A DNA stretch of 55,285 nt from Methanothrix sp. (GTDB taxonomy: Archaea; Halobacteriota; Methanosarcinia; Methanotrichales; Methanotrichaceae), in assembly GCA_037128175.1 (NCBI GenBank), contig JBAXWY010000015.1:1-55285 (forward strand), written 5' to 3'. The translations under genes and the position numbers were made by a program. Shown here piece after piece: positions 26,123 through 36,493 of this stretch. The first letter of the stretch is position 1, and every line of letters starts with the position of its first letter. The notes under the pieces were generated by a model. The model did no database searches. It saw only the letters and a program-made list of their open reading frames with translations, and was not told where the DNA came from.

Positions 26123-29100
26123 CAAGCTGGTCCTGAAAAACTTCAAGAAATTTCGCCATGCAGAGCTCGAGTTTTCCGATGGGCTAACCGGCATCGTGGG
26201 CAGCAACGGATCCGGCAAGAGCACCATAGTGGAGGCCATTGCCTGGGCTCTTTACGGCAACCGGGCTTCAAGCATCAAGAGAGACTTCATACGCAATGCA
26301 CGGGCCAGAGAATCCGATGCTGTGGAGACCCGCCTGACTCTCTCCTTAGGCAAGCAAGAGCTGGTCATCTACCGGGCCATGAAAGGAAAGGGCTTGATGG
26401 CAGAAGCCTTTCTCGTGCTGGATGGACTGAGAATTGCCACCGGAAGCAAAGAGGTGGACACGAGGCTGGAGGAGATCCTGAAGATCAGCTATCAGGACTT
26501 TATGAAGACCTTCTACGCCCGGCAAAAGGACCTGGACAATCTGCTCAAAGAGGGCGGAATGGGTAAGAGGGAATATCTGCTCAAGCTCCTGGGCCTGGAA
26601 GACATCAAGGAAAGTGCCATAATGCAGATCAAAGCCGATCGTGATTCCCTGGAGGAGCAAAAGAGCTGGCTGGCGGGAGCGCTGGCGGAGACGGGAGACG
26701 TAACGGCCCGGCTGGAGAATGCCTCTTTGGAGATTCTAAGCGGGGAAAAAGGCCTGCAGGAAGCAGAGGGAAGCCGGGCAAGGCTCCAGGAAGCCGGGGA
26801 GAAGAGACGACAGGAGCTGGAGGCCATGGCCGAGAAGATGCGCCGGCATGGCCTTCTTGCGGAGCGGGTAAAGAGCCAGGAGATAGCGGACAGAGATCTG
26901 AAAGAGACGGCAAAAGCGGAAGAGTTGCGGCTCTTTGAGATCGATGCCTGCAAAAAGAGGCTTTCTGATCTTCAGCCCATGCTGGAGAGGCTGGCGGGAA
27001 TAAGGGATCGGCTGGAAATTTTACGGCCCAAAAGAGTGGTCTATGAAGAGACCGCGCGGCGTGCAGCCGCCCAGGATGCTGCCTTGCTGGGCGAAAAAAA
27101 AGCGTTTGCTGAAAGCCAGAGAAGTCTCCTGGAGCTGGACAAAGATGCAGCAATGCGAGAGGAGCTTTTGCCCCGAGAGGAGGAGCATACAAAGCTGCAG
27201 GCCAGGCTACTCGCCCTGGAGGATCTGCGGGATCGTCATAACGAGATGCAGGCTCGGCAAAAAGAGGAGGCCGTCCGAGAGCAAGCAATCGTGGCCAACC
27301 TATCCCGCACGAAAAGGCTGATCGATGATCTCCACAAAGCACATGCCAGGCGAGAGGAGATTGCATCCTGCCCGGAGGAAGAAAAGAGGTGCAAGAGCGA
27401 GCTGGCGGAGCAAGTCCAGCAAAGAGAGCTGCAAAAGGAGCTGGACGGACTGCGGGCCCGAAATAATGCTCAGGAAGAGCGTTTAGCTAGGCTTCGGAGC
27501 GAGGCGGCGAAAGCACGTGCCGAGATGGAGCCCCTTCAAGTAATCGAAGAGATGGAGGCACTGCTGCGCCGCCAGGATAAGGATCTGGATATGCTCGGCA
27601 GCGAGCTAGCCCTCGTTCTGGCAGATCTGAGAGGAAGTTACAAGGTAGAGGGGCTAGCCTTGGCCGAGGCGGAGCGCTCCATTAAGAAGGTCACTGCTTT
27701 GGGCGCGGAAGGGCTTTGCCCTACCTGCGAGCGACCCTTGCAGGGCCAGCGCGATCTGCTCATCAAGAAGTATGAAAATTCCGCGACGGTCGCAAAATCG
27801 GAGATGGAAAAGCTTGCTGGTGTAATCGCCGCTCAAACCGAGAAGATGGAGGGGGCGACCAGGTCGAGGAGCAATTTAAGAAGGGCCTTCGATGAACTCA
27901 ATGCCCAAAAGAGCAGGCGCTCGGCTTTGCAGGCCGATTTGAGGAATCTGACCTTGCAGATACACGAGTCCCAAACCGAGCAGAAGGATCTCTTGGCTAA
28001 AATCGAGGGCCTGGGAACGGTCAGCTTTGAATCCGGCAAGCTGGAAAAGGTGGAAGCGGCTCTAAAGGCTTTGGCACCTCTGGTAATGGAGTACGCCAGC
28101 CTCTCCTTGCGACTGGAGGGTCTGCCCGGCCTGGAAAACGAGATTGGCCTGCGAGAGAAAGAGCTGTCGGCTATTAAGGAGAGACGGGAGCTGCTCACCC
28201 TGCAGATTGAGGCCCTGGGCTACGCCGAACCGGATTACCTGGAAACCAGAAAGCGCCTGGCCGCTCTCAAGCCGCTGCACGATCGTTTTCTGCAACTTTC
28301 CGAGAGAGCGGCACATATTCCCGTCCTAAGAGAGAGGATCAAAAGGCAAGAGCATGAGATGGAGAGGCTCGATTTGGCTCTGAAGGCTCTGCATCTCTCG
28401 CAAAAGGATCTGGGCTACAATCCGCAGGAGTATGAGGCACTCACTAAGGAGAAGAAAGACCTGGGAGCTATGGAGAAGGAGGCGCAAAAGATTCGCCTGC
28501 TGGTCGCAGGCGAAGTCGAGGCGCGAGAGAGGCTGGTTGTCGCCCTGGCGGCCCTGGAAAAGCTCAAAGTGGATTTAAACGAGTGCAGGCAGCATCTCTT
28601 CGCTCTGGCCTACAGCCAAGAGGAGCACGAAAAGGCAAAAGCCATACTGGCGAGCGCAGAGGCGCAGCTGGAAATGGCCCGAAAGGCCGTTATCGAGCGG
28701 CAGGTGCAGATGGGCATTCTCTTGGCGGCGCGGGAACGACTTATCCAGGAAGCCCGGCGTAAAGAGGAGCTGGAGAAGAAGGCTGCCCTGGTAGGCCGGA
28801 GAATGGAGGTGGTGGAGGTGACCCGTAGTCTGGTCAACAGCTTCATGGACCAGGTGCTGATCCGGGTTAAGAACGACATCGCTCGCTCCGCCGGAGAGAT
28901 CCTGGAAGAGGTTTCCGGCAAGTACAGCCTGCTCAAGATCGATGACGACTTCAACATCCAGGTCGAGGACGGCGGCGAATGGTATCCCATTTCCCGCTAC
29001 TCGGGCGGCGAGATCGACATGATCGCTGTTTCCGTGCGCGTGGCCATCAGCGAGTACTTGATGCGCTTCGGGCCGGATGGGGAGAGCTACTCCTTCCTGA

Positions 29101-29291
29101 TTTTGGACGAGGTCTTCGGCAGCCAGGACCAGGAGCACCGGGAGAAGATGATCCAGATGCTGCGCAGCCTGGAGGAGCGCTTTCCCCAGATCATCGCCAT
29201 CAGCCACATCAGCGACGTGCAGGGGCAGTTCGACAACACACTCCTGGTGGTGGAGGACGAGCTGGGAAATAGCAGAGTGGAGGCGATTTAG
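26112..29291 (+). CDS. rad50: Rad50 SMC-like ATPase
   Basis: GSNGSGKS Walker A, long coiled coils, CPTC zinc hook, SGGE signature, LILDEVFG Walker B. Confidence 0.96.
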   Translation: MHLNKLVLKNFKKFRHAELEFSDGLTGIVGSNGSGKSTIVEAIAWALYGNRASSIKRDFIRNARARESDAVETRLTLSLGKQELVIYRAMKGKGLMAEAFLVLDGLRIATGSKEVDTRLEEILKISYQDFMKTFYARQKDLDNLLKEGGMGKREYLLKLLGLEDIKESAIMQIKADRDSLEEQKSWLAGALAETGDVTARLENASLEILSGEKGLQEAEGSRARLQEAGEKRRQELEAMAEKMRRHGLLAERVKSQEIADRDLKETAKAEELRLFEIDACKKRLSDLQPMLERLAGIRDRLEILRPKRVVYEETARRAAAQDAALLGEKKAFAESQRSLLELDKDAAMREELLPREEEHTKLQARLLALEDLRDRHNEMQARQKEEAVREQAIVANLSRTKRLIDDLHKAHARREEIASCPEEEKRCKSELAEQVQQRELQKELDGLRARNNAQEERLARLRSEAAKARAEMEPLQVIEEMEALLRRQDKDLDMLGSELALVLADLRGSYKVEGLALAEAERSIKKVTALGAEGLCPTCERPLQGQRDLLIKKYENSATVAKSEMEKLAGVIAAQTEKMEGATRSRSNLRRAFDELNAQKSRRSALQADLRNLTLQIHESQTEQKDLLAKIEGLGTVSFESGKLEKVEAALKALAPLVMEYASLSLRLEGLPGLENEIGLREKELSAIKERRELLTLQIEALGYAEPDYLETRKRLAALKPLHDRFLQLSERAAHIPVLRERIKRQEHEMERLDLALKALHLSQKDLGYNPQEYEALTKEKKDLGAMEKEAQKIRLLVAGEVEARERLVVALAALEKLKVDLNECRQHLFALAYSQEEHEKAKAILASAEAQLEMARKAVIERQVQMGILLAARERLIQEARRKEELEKKAALVGRRMEVVEVTRSLVNSFMDQVLIRVKNDIARSAGEILEEVSGKYSLLKIDDDFNIQVEDGGEWYPISRYSGGEIDMIAVSVRVAISEYLMRFGPDGESYSFLILDEVFGSQDQEHREKMIQMLRSLEERFPQIIAISHISDVQGQFDNTLLVVEDELGNSRVEAI

Positions 29292-29294
29292 AAA

Positions 29295-30638
29295 ATGGAT
29301 AAAAGTCTATTTCTCCAGAAAAGTCCCGGTCCGGCCTATGCCACCCTCGACGATTGGATTCTACATGAAGAGATTCCTTTCTCCGTCGATTCGTCCCAAA
29401 CCCTCAACGCCTCCATCGACAGGGTCATGGCCTCACTTGGTGCCTCGGTGAAGCTGCTGGGCTTGGGAGAGGCACTGCACGGCGGCGAGGAAATTCTTAT
29501 GCTCCGTAACCGGCTCTTCCAGCGCCTAGTGGAGAAGCACGGCTACAGCGCCATTGCCATGGAGAGCAGTTTCCCCCGGGCGCGCGCCGTGAACGAGTAC
29601 GTGGCCGGTAGCGGCCCGGCATCGTATGAGGCTGTGCAGGAGACAGGATTTAGCCACGGCTTTGGCCGGCTCGACGCCAATCGAGAACTCGTGGAGTGGA
29701 TGAGATCCTACAATGCCGATGGAGTGCACAGCGTCAAGCTCCAGTTCTACGGCTTCGACAGTCCCACCGAGATGATGTTCAGCGATAGTCCACGACAAAT
29801 TTTGCATTTCGTTCTCGATTACCTGGCCTCGATCGACAGCGCCTGTAGCGAGGAGCAACGCTTGCGCATCGACCCGCTTTTGGGCCAGGACTCCGACTGG
29901 GAGAACCCCGCTGCAATGATGGACCCGACCAAGTCCGTGGGGCTGTCGCCAGCCTCAACTGCGCTGCGAATTGAGACCGAGGATCTCATTGCACAGCTGC
30001 AAATGCGCCGTCCTGAGCTGGTGGCCAAAAGCAATGAGCGTCTCTATTTGGAGGCCATGCAGTATGCCACGCTCGCCCGGCAGTTGCTGAACTATCACGC
30101 CGCGCTGGCGAGAAAATCAGAGCCAGTGAAAAGGATTGTCCAAGGTCTCGGCCTGCGTGATGCAATGATGGCGGATAATCTGGCGTACGTGGTGGCCCGC
30201 GAATGTGGCCGGGGGAAAGTTTTGGCCTTCGCTCACAACAGCCATATGCAGCGCGGGAAGGCAGAATGGCAACTGGGCACTGACCTGCTCACGTGGTGGC
30301 CGGCTGGAGCGCACCTTCATGAGATCTTCGGCCAGCGGTATGCCGTCATCGGAACAGCGGTGGGCGTATCTGGTGGCAACGGAATCGGCGAGCCACAAGC
30401 CGGCACTCTTGAGGCACGGCTGACGGCTAGCCCAGGGCCAGCACGCTTTATTCCCACTCACAAAGGCCAGGGGCTTCCATCCTCTGAAATCGCAACTCTT
30501 CCGGCTCGCTCGGGAAGTATGATGAACCCGACATACTTTGCACTAACTCCTCAAAGCTTCACCGATTTCGACGCTCTGGCGGTCCTGGATAAAACGGCAT
30601 ACATTCGCGGTGGGCCACAGCTGGTACAGCGAGGCTAA
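29295..30638 (+). CDS. Erythromycin esterase (EreA/B) family protein
   Basis: LGEALHG..E, AIAMES, FYGFD, RDAMMADN and AHNSH motifs. Confidence 0.9.
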   Translation: MDKSLFLQKSPGPAYATLDDWILHEEIPFSVDSSQTLNASIDRVMASLGASVKLLGLGEALHGGEEILMLRNRLFQRLVEKHGYSAIAMESSFPRARAVNEYVAGSGPASYEAVQETGFSHGFGRLDANRELVEWMRSYNADGVHSVKLQFYGFDSPTEMMFSDSPRQILHFVLDYLASIDSACSEEQRLRIDPLLGQDSDWENPAAMMDPTKSVGLSPASTALRIETEDLIAQLQMRRPELVAKSNERLYLEAMQYATLARQLLNYHAALARKSEPVKRIVQGLGLRDAMMADNLAYVVARECGRGKVLAFAHNSHMQRGKAEWQLGTDLLTWWPAGAHLHEIFGQRYAVIGTAVGVSGGNGIGEPQAGTLEARLTASPGPARFIPTHKGQGLPSSEIATLPARSGSMMNPTYFALTPQSFTDFDALAVLDKTAYIRGGPQLVQRG

Positions 30639-30674
30639 AATAAATGTTTCCTCGCAATTTCGAGTGGGTGATAG

Positions 30675-30900
30675 AATAATCGAGTCTTCCGTGAACTCTG
30701 TGTGGTACGAAAATCCATCTAAACTTAGCAAAGCTTTGTGCGCTTTGTGAGCTTTGTGGTTCAAATCTCGTAGTCCTCAGGATGAATTATCATGCTTCGA
30801 ACATAAACCACAAAGCTCACAAAGTTCACAAAGGACGCACAAAGTGCTTTATTTCAGATCACTCAATTCTACGTTAAGGTGCGAAGAAGACAACCATAAA
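30675..30900. repeat. REP-like palindromic element, family A, copy 2
   Basis: CTTTGTGCGCTTTGTGAGCTTTGTGGTT ... AACCACAAAGCTCACAAAGTTCACAAAGGACGCACAAAG inverted arms. Confidence 0.75.
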
Positions 30901-30907
30901 ACTCGCA

Positions 30908-32080
30908 TTATCCTAATGCGTACCCCAGCAGCCTGCCCAGCCGGATGGCATCCCAGTCCAGGTGGCGCAGCATGCGGCCCATGAGGCGACTGGGCCGGTC
31001 GATATCCCCGTGCTCCTCTATGGCTTTTATGAGCCGGGGCTTGCCGGCCAGGTAGCCCACCAGCTCATCTAATTCCAGGGCGCTCATTTTGCCCAGCATG
31101 CGATTCACCCTCATGCCTATCTCCAGCTCCCGGCCCAATGCCGCCCTCCAGAGCCGGTCGTACTCCATGAGCCGCAGTGCGGAAAAGTCGCCTTCCATTG
31201 CCGCGGCAGCCGCCACGCCGCCCGCAATCTTGGCCGCCACCAGTCCCGGATAGATTCCGCCGCCTGAGGTGGGCTTGACCTGGCCTGCCGCATCGCCCAC
31301 GGCCAGCAGGCCATCCACGGCGGTGGCGGCGGGCGGGCCCAGGGGCAGACCGCCCACATTCAGGGCCACGGTGGAGCCCTGCAGCCTCTTTTTAATGACA
31401 TCCGTTTTCAAGAACGCCCGCAAGTGCTCGCACCCCTGATCGCGGGCGCACAGACCGATGCGAGCCGTTCTCTCGTTCAGGGGAATCACCCAGGCGAAAA
31501 GCCCCGGTGCCGCTCCCAGGTGCACCTCCACCTTCTCAGGATCTTCTACGGCGAAGGGCACCTGCACCTGGGCTCCGGAGAGGATCATCTGAGGCGGAGC
31601 AATGCCGGCCCGGCGGGCCAAAAGAGCCGAGGCGCCCTCTGCAGATATTACTATCTTTGCATAGATCTCTTCGCCTCCGCCTAAGGTAAGGACACTTGCC
31701 CCCTCTTTCCGACTTATCTTTCGCACCGTCGCACGAAGGCGGATATTCGCTCCCTCCTGCACTGCCTGGTCAAGCATTGCCCTGTCAAAGAGCCTCCTGT
31801 CCACAACCCAGGCCTTGCAGGATTTGGCTTTGAAGTCCAGGCGCTGGCCGCCGGGCGAAAAGACCGACGCTCCCAACATGCCGTGCATGACGTTGGGGCC
31901 AGGCGAAAGCTCCGACTCGGCCATAGCCTGCCCACCCAGCAGGCCAGCGCACTGCACCGGCCATCCTGCTGCGGCGTGCTCCTCCAGCAAAATTGTGCAG
32001 GCACCGGCTTTAGCGGCATACTTGGCGGCCATAGAACCAGCCGGCCCGGCGCCGATGACGGCCACGTCGAATATGTCCAT
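30908..32080 (-). CDS. Geranylgeranyl reductase family FAD-dependent oxidoreductase
   Basis: DVAVIGAGPAG, PVQCAG, FAWVIP and VGDAAGQVKPTSGGGI. Confidence 0.92.
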   Translation of the reverse strand: MDIFDVAVIGAGPAGSMAAKYAAKAGACTILLEEHAAAGWPVQCAGLLGGQAMAESELSPGPNVMHGMLGASVFSPGGQRLDFKAKSCKAWVVDRRLFDRAMLDQAVQEGANIRLRATVRKISRKEGASVLTLGGGEEIYAKIVISAEGASALLARRAGIAPPQMILSGAQVQVPFAVEDPEKVEVHLGAAPGLFAWVIPLNERTARIGLCARDQGCEHLRAFLKTDVIKKRLQGSTVALNVGGLPLGPPAATAVDGLLAVGDAAGQVKPTSGGGIYPGLVAAKIAGGVAAAAAMEGDFSALRLMEYDRLWRAALGRELEIGMRVNRMLGKMSALELDELVGYLAGKPRLIKAIEEHGDIDRPSRLMGRMLRHLDWDAIRLGRLLGYALG

Positions 32081-32188
32081 GTTCGGGAAGAAAGAAGGAA
32101 GGCAATGATGTTAACTTTTTCCGTTTTCATCCAAGCTCGCAACTTTCAAATATCCTTTAATGAATCTAAAGGTATCCAAGGAGGGGTT

Positions 32189-32977
32189 CTAACGAAGCGA
32201 TTACTTATTTTGGCGGTATTGGCTGTTGCCTTAATTGGCATGGCAGGTGCTGCAAACTACATGTATGAAAAAGCATCTGTCAAGGGTGTTGGATACAAGA
32301 ATGTTGAGATGATAATATCCACGCAGACGGGCTTTAGCGGAGACAAACTGGTGGAGAAGGAGTCAGGTTCCGGCAATATCATTACCGAGAGGTCGGAGCT
32401 TGAGGCGGAGAGGCAGCTCAAAAAAGATGGCTCGCCTATCGGTGGGGTTGATTTTTATGGCGTATTTATGCTCACAGCCTGTCCGTTCCCAACTGGCTGG
32501 ACCTGCCCCATGGACTACATAAACTTCACCAAGGAGGCCGAATTCGAGTACATGCCCGTCTCTTACCAGACAGGCACCTACGACCAAAAATGGGTTGAGA
32601 AGCTGTGCGTGCAGAACTACAAGATCGGTGCAGTTTTGACTGAGATGTACACTCATGCCGAGCACCTGCAAAAGACGACCGAAGTCAAAACCAGGAGTTA
32701 CGGCATCGATATTGAAACCGGTATTGGAGACAGTAAATGTCCAGCTTGTTGCACGGGTGTTTTAGAGGCTAACCTCAACAGCAATGTAATCGGCGTTGCC
32801 CATATCGGATGGATCTCGCGTGATCCGATGGCTGACCCGCAACTTAAAGGCCGACATGCTGAATATGGCCGCAGTGTCGAAGACCTAACTGGTGTCTTCT
32901 CCATCGAGAAGTTCATCCAGCTCTGGGGTAATTCCACATGCGGAGCAATTAGCGTTGATTGGCTGCCATGTGTTTGA
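32189..32977 (+). CDS. Secreted beta-rich, Cys-containing protein (possible cell-envelope protein)
   Basis: Signal peptide (L)TKRLLILAVLAVALIGMAGA after GGAGG; T-rich terminator follows; start codon uncertain. Confidence 0.75.
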   Translation, partial: LTKRLLILAVLAVALIGMAGAANYMYEKASVKGVGYKNVEMIISTQTGFSGDKLVEKESGSGNIITERSELEAERQLKKDGSPIGGVDFYGVFMLTACPFPTGWTCPMDYINFTKEAEFEYMPVSYQTGTYDQKWVEKLCVQNYKIGAVLTEMYTHAEHLQKTTEVKTRSYGIDIETGIGDSKCPACCTGVLEANLNSNVIGVAHIGWISRDPMADPQLKGRHAEYGRSVEDLTGVFSIEKFIQLWGNSTCGAISVDWLPCV

Positions 32978-32995
32978 ATTTTTAATTTTTTTTTC
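32978..32995 (+). terminator. Oligo-T terminator
   Basis: ATTTTTAATTTTTTTTCC-type T tract immediately after the stop codon. Confidence 0.55.
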
Positions 32996-33027
32996 CGCAA
33001 TGCTTTGCATCTTGAAAGGCCATATAT

Positions 33028-33375
33028 TCACGCAAAGCACCTCTCCAAGAAAGCCGCCAGATCCTCGATGCTCTCCACCGTCTCATCGATGGGTGTGCCT
33101 TTTGAGATGCGCTCGTAGACCACATCCCATGTGGAGTACCCGCGCAGCCGCAAAACCAATTCGCCGGCTGGTGTTGTGGCCAGATCGGTCTCAAAGCGCA
33201 TCCAACGGTCGCCTTCCCGCTCCACCTCGAAATTCTGCGAGGCTCCGCAGGTGCCTGCGTAAAAAACGCCATCCACCACATCGATGTACAGCCTTATCCA
33301 GGAGATGCATTTCGAGTAGCGAAAAACTCCCTCGGTGATGCAATCGGGACCTTCCCATCCGGTTAGAGGCTTCAT
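33028..33375 (-). CDS. Hypothetical protein
   Basis: 115 aa ORF downstream of and co-oriented with the R-M gene. Confidence 0.55.
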   Translation of the reverse strand: MKPLTGWEGPDCITEGVFRYSKCISWIRLYIDVVDGVFYAGTCGASQNFEVEREGDRWMRFETDLATTPAGELVLRLRGYSTWDVVYERISKGTPIDETVESIEDLAAFLERCFA

Positions 33376-33460
33376 GGGTGGTAGAATATCCTGGCGGCTT
33401 CATGCATCGGTATTGCGTCTATTAAGCCATTCATCGATTTACTGTAATTTGGCCTCTGCA

Positions 33461-36400
33461 TCATTTTCCCTCCACAATCGCGATCTCCTCTTCAGTCAGA
33501 TCATAAAGCTCGTACACCAGCCGATCGATCTGCCGGTCGGTGGCCTCGATGCGGCGATGTAACAGCGTGCGCTCGTGCTCGCCCGTGGCAGAGGCAAGCT
33601 GCTTGTGCAAATCGAGCATGGACTGAACGAGAGCTACCAAGCGATCGCGTTGGGTTACGTCTGCTGAATTTGAAAAGTCGATAGGAGGTATAGGAAATCT
33701 CTTCAGATCCAAAATAGAAATTCTTGGAAAATTTTTAGTAACCATCTTATTTGATGCCAATGGGAAGTACCAAGAAATCAGCGCAGAATTAATTATCCCT
33801 AAAATGAATAAGTCAGAAAATCCATATTCTCTACCCAATTCATTTAATATAATATTCAAAACAGTTTTATAATTAATATATTTATCCACAACATACGTTG
33901 CATGAATCATATATTTTTCTTTGCTAGTTATCTCCCTCACAAGTAAGCGATTCCCTTGAAAAAATTTGGCTTGTCGCGGATGAGCCAGCCAAGAGCCATA
34001 GGAGACCCAGCTTTTTCCTGGCCATTCATAATAATATCGTGAGACATCACGGCCAGATAGTTCTCTGATATATGTTTCATCTTTTTGAAAATCACTGTGG
34101 TAAGCCCTATCTTCAATGATGCTCCTATCTTGACCCGTGTATATGTCATATGCTTGGATTCCAACCGAAAAATCGCAAATATCCCTAAGGATCGTTTTGT
34201 TATCTTGAATCTTGGAAATGATTTTTCTGGCATCCAGGTCTGAATCTATATTAAACATGAATGCCTCATTCTTATTCCAGTCAGATTGGGAGAATTGGTT
34301 TATTTTTGAATCTTCTATTGATATGCTCTTGAGTTCTATGTCTCTAGGAAAAAGAATAGCTTCTACTGTATTGCTTGCTCCATGAACTTGGCATTTAGAT
34401 ATGATAAAAATAATTGTATTAACCGTTGCATTTTTAAACACTTTGGTTGGCAGACGGATTATCTTGTTAATGCATGATGTGTTAAGGATATACTTTCTTA
34501 ATGACTCTGCTTCAACGACAGTCAGCCATGTATGTGGAGTAATAAATCCTAAAAAACCATCTTGTCGAAGCAAGATTAAGCCCTTTTCTATAAAGAAACC
34601 GTAAGAATCAAACTTGCCAACCATACTCTGATAACTATTTTTGAGATAAGACTTATCCTGTGCTGTAAATAAAGCCCCATACGGCGGATTCCCTATCACC
34701 GCATCAAATCCGCCTCTCTCGAAAACCTCAGGAAATCCCATCTTCCAGTCAAAGGGATTGATCCGTTTTGCCTCTTCATCGCTTATGTTCAAATCAGTAT
34801 CATAATAATCATAGCCGATCAGCGAATTGCCGCACTTTATATTCTCCCCCAGGTCCGGCAACGCCCTCTCCTTGAAAAATCTCTGCAAATTGGATATGGT
34901 TTCTTTGGTTTCGCCTTCCAGGACTTTGAGCAACAGAGAGAGCTTGCTGACCTCCACTGCCTGAAAATCGATATCTACTCCGTATATGTTATTGAGCAGG
35001 ATGCGCTTTCGTTCTGAGGTAGTCAAGCGCCAACTATCGCTGCCTTCTTTTTCAACAGGGATCATGGCCTCAGCAGCTCTGGCCCAGATCCGCTTGGATC
35101 GTGCTCTGTTTGGCTTTTCGAGACTCTCCGGAAGGAGTTTCAGGACGCCTGGATCGGTAGGCGACTTTGCTTTTTCTAGAACCGGAACCAGGTTAGAGAT
35201 GTACCATTCCTTATGCCAGTCCAGCAGATATTGATAAGCTCCAATCAGAAATGAGCCAGATCCGCAAGCCGGGTCCAGTATTCTCAAGGCTGCTGCATCC
35301 GCAGGGGTCTTGCCCTCCAGGAGCTTGCCTACCGTATTCTTGACAATATAATCCACAATATAGGAGGGTGTGTAGTAGACTCCTCCCGCCTTCCTGACCT
35401 CGGGCTTGTCCTCAACCGTGGCATGATGACCTTCAGTGAGGCAAATGACCTTGCCCAGAAATTGCTCGTAAACCTGGCCCAGGATCTCAGCCGGGATCTT
35501 AGAGAAGACATAGGGGCTATTGGGATAGTACAGATTGTCGATGATCTCTTTGAGCACTTGGTCATCGATGTGCAAGTCAGGAGTTATTCTGTCAGGTTCC
35601 TCCTTGCGATCCTTCTCCTCTTTAAAATAAAATATGCCGGAATTATATCGCTGATCAGCTTCCCTGAACAGTTCTAAAAGCCCCGAGTGAATATCTTTTC
35701 CTTCCGCCAGGCTTCTCAAGCGTCCCTCTTCCTCGATGGCCCGATCCTCGCAGATCCTCAAGAACAAAATTCTGTCGATAATCCTCTGAACAGCGAAGTT
35801 AAGATCCTGCTGGCTGATGCTGGCATTTCTCAGAGCGATGTTCCTGGCCAGCATATCGCGCCACTTTGAAATATCATCGAGCAGAGCAGCATTAACGGGA
35901 ATGTCACCTTTTGTTTTGCGAATATTTTCCACGATTTTTTCCAAAGATCCGCCCAAGACTGCTTCGCGAGAAAATTTAGATGCGATCTGATCCCATTTTT
36001 CATCGTATTGATCGTATCTAAGGTAAAAAAGCCGTCCTTTTGTGGCCTTGTCATCTTGGAAAGGACGCGATCCGCAGAAATAAACTGAAAACTCCTCGAA
36101 ATCAGTGAGAATAGACACAGACAGATTCGAAGACCACCCATATCGGCGAAGCTGATAGGCAGGAGATATCCCCGATTCAATATTTACGTAGGGCCTCTTT
36201 ACTTCAACAAAAAATTTTTTCTTTTCGTTTAACCTGAAGCCATAATCGGGATTGACAAGCTGTCCTTTGACCACGACCTTATCTTCTTCTATGACCTCCC
36301 ATTTGTCGGGGCTGCCTTTTGGGTGCATATCCCAGCCTAAAGCCTCGAAAAATGGATTGATAAAGTGAGTTCTTAACTGAGTTTCATTAAAATCTTTGGA

Positions 36401-36493
36401 TTTATAACGATCTTGATCGCGATCAAATTGCTCGACCAATTCTTTGATCTTCTGCGGTGCGCTCGTCGTCTCCCTCTCCGATATCCTATCCAT
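33461..36493 (-). CDS. Type IIG restriction-modification enzyme (fused REase, N6-adenine MTase and TRD; Eco57I/TaqI-like)
   Basis: PDY...VEVK nuclease; GGVYYTP, ILDPACGSG, YGVDID, GNSL and GNPPY; C-terminal TDRQIDRLVYELYDLTEEEI; ATG 36493 chosen. Confidence 0.92.
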   Translation of the reverse strand: MDRISERETTSAPQKIKELVEQFDRDQDRYKSKDFNETQLRTHFINPFFEALGWDMHPKGSPDKWEVIEEDKVVVKGQLVNPDYGFRLNEKKKFFVEVKRPYVNIESGISPAYQLRRYGWSSNLSVSILTDFEEFSVYFCGSRPFQDDKATKGRLFYLRYDQYDEKWDQIASKFSREAVLGGSLEKIVENIRKTKGDIPVNAALLDDISKWRDMLARNIALRNASISQQDLNFAVQRIIDRILFLRICEDRAIEEEGRLRSLAEGKDIHSGLLELFREADQRYNSGIFYFKEEKDRKEEPDRITPDLHIDDQVLKEIIDNLYYPNSPYVFSKIPAEILGQVYEQFLGKVICLTEGHHATVEDKPEVRKAGGVYYTPSYIVDYIVKNTVGKLLEGKTPADAAALRILDPACGSGSFLIGAYQYLLDWHKEWYISNLVPVLEKAKSPTDPGVLKLLPESLEKPNRARSKRIWARAAEAMIPVEKEGSDSWRLTTSERKRILLNNIYGVDIDFQAVEVSKLSLLLKVLEGETKETISNLQRFFKERALPDLGENIKCGNSLIGYDYYDTDLNISDEEAKRINPFDWKMGFPEVFERGGFDAVIGNPPYGALFTAQDKSYLKNSYQSMVGKFDSYGFFIEKGLILLRQDGFLGFITPHTWLTVVEAESLRKYILNTSCINKIIRLPTKVFKNATVNTIIFIISKCQVHGASNTVEAILFPRDIELKSISIEDSKINQFSQSDWNKNEAFMFNIDSDLDARKIISKIQDNKTILRDICDFSVGIQAYDIYTGQDRSIIEDRAYHSDFQKDETYIRELSGRDVSRYYYEWPGKSWVSYGSWLAHPRQAKFFQGNRLLVREITSKEKYMIHATYVVDKYINYKTVLNIILNELGREYGFSDLFILGIINSALISWYFPLASNKMVTKNFPRISILDLKRFPIPPIDFSNSADVTQRDRLVALVQSMLDLHKQLASATGEHERTLLHRRIEATDRQIDRLVYELYDLTEEEIAIVEGK

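Noticed and set aside
30755-30775. GGTTCAAATC resembling a tRNA T-loop
   Set aside because: No T-stem pairing or cloverleaf; part of the palindromic repeat
31883-32188. N-terminal extension of the secreted protein ORF
   Set aside because: Mostly antisense to GGR and upstream of the RBS and signal peptide
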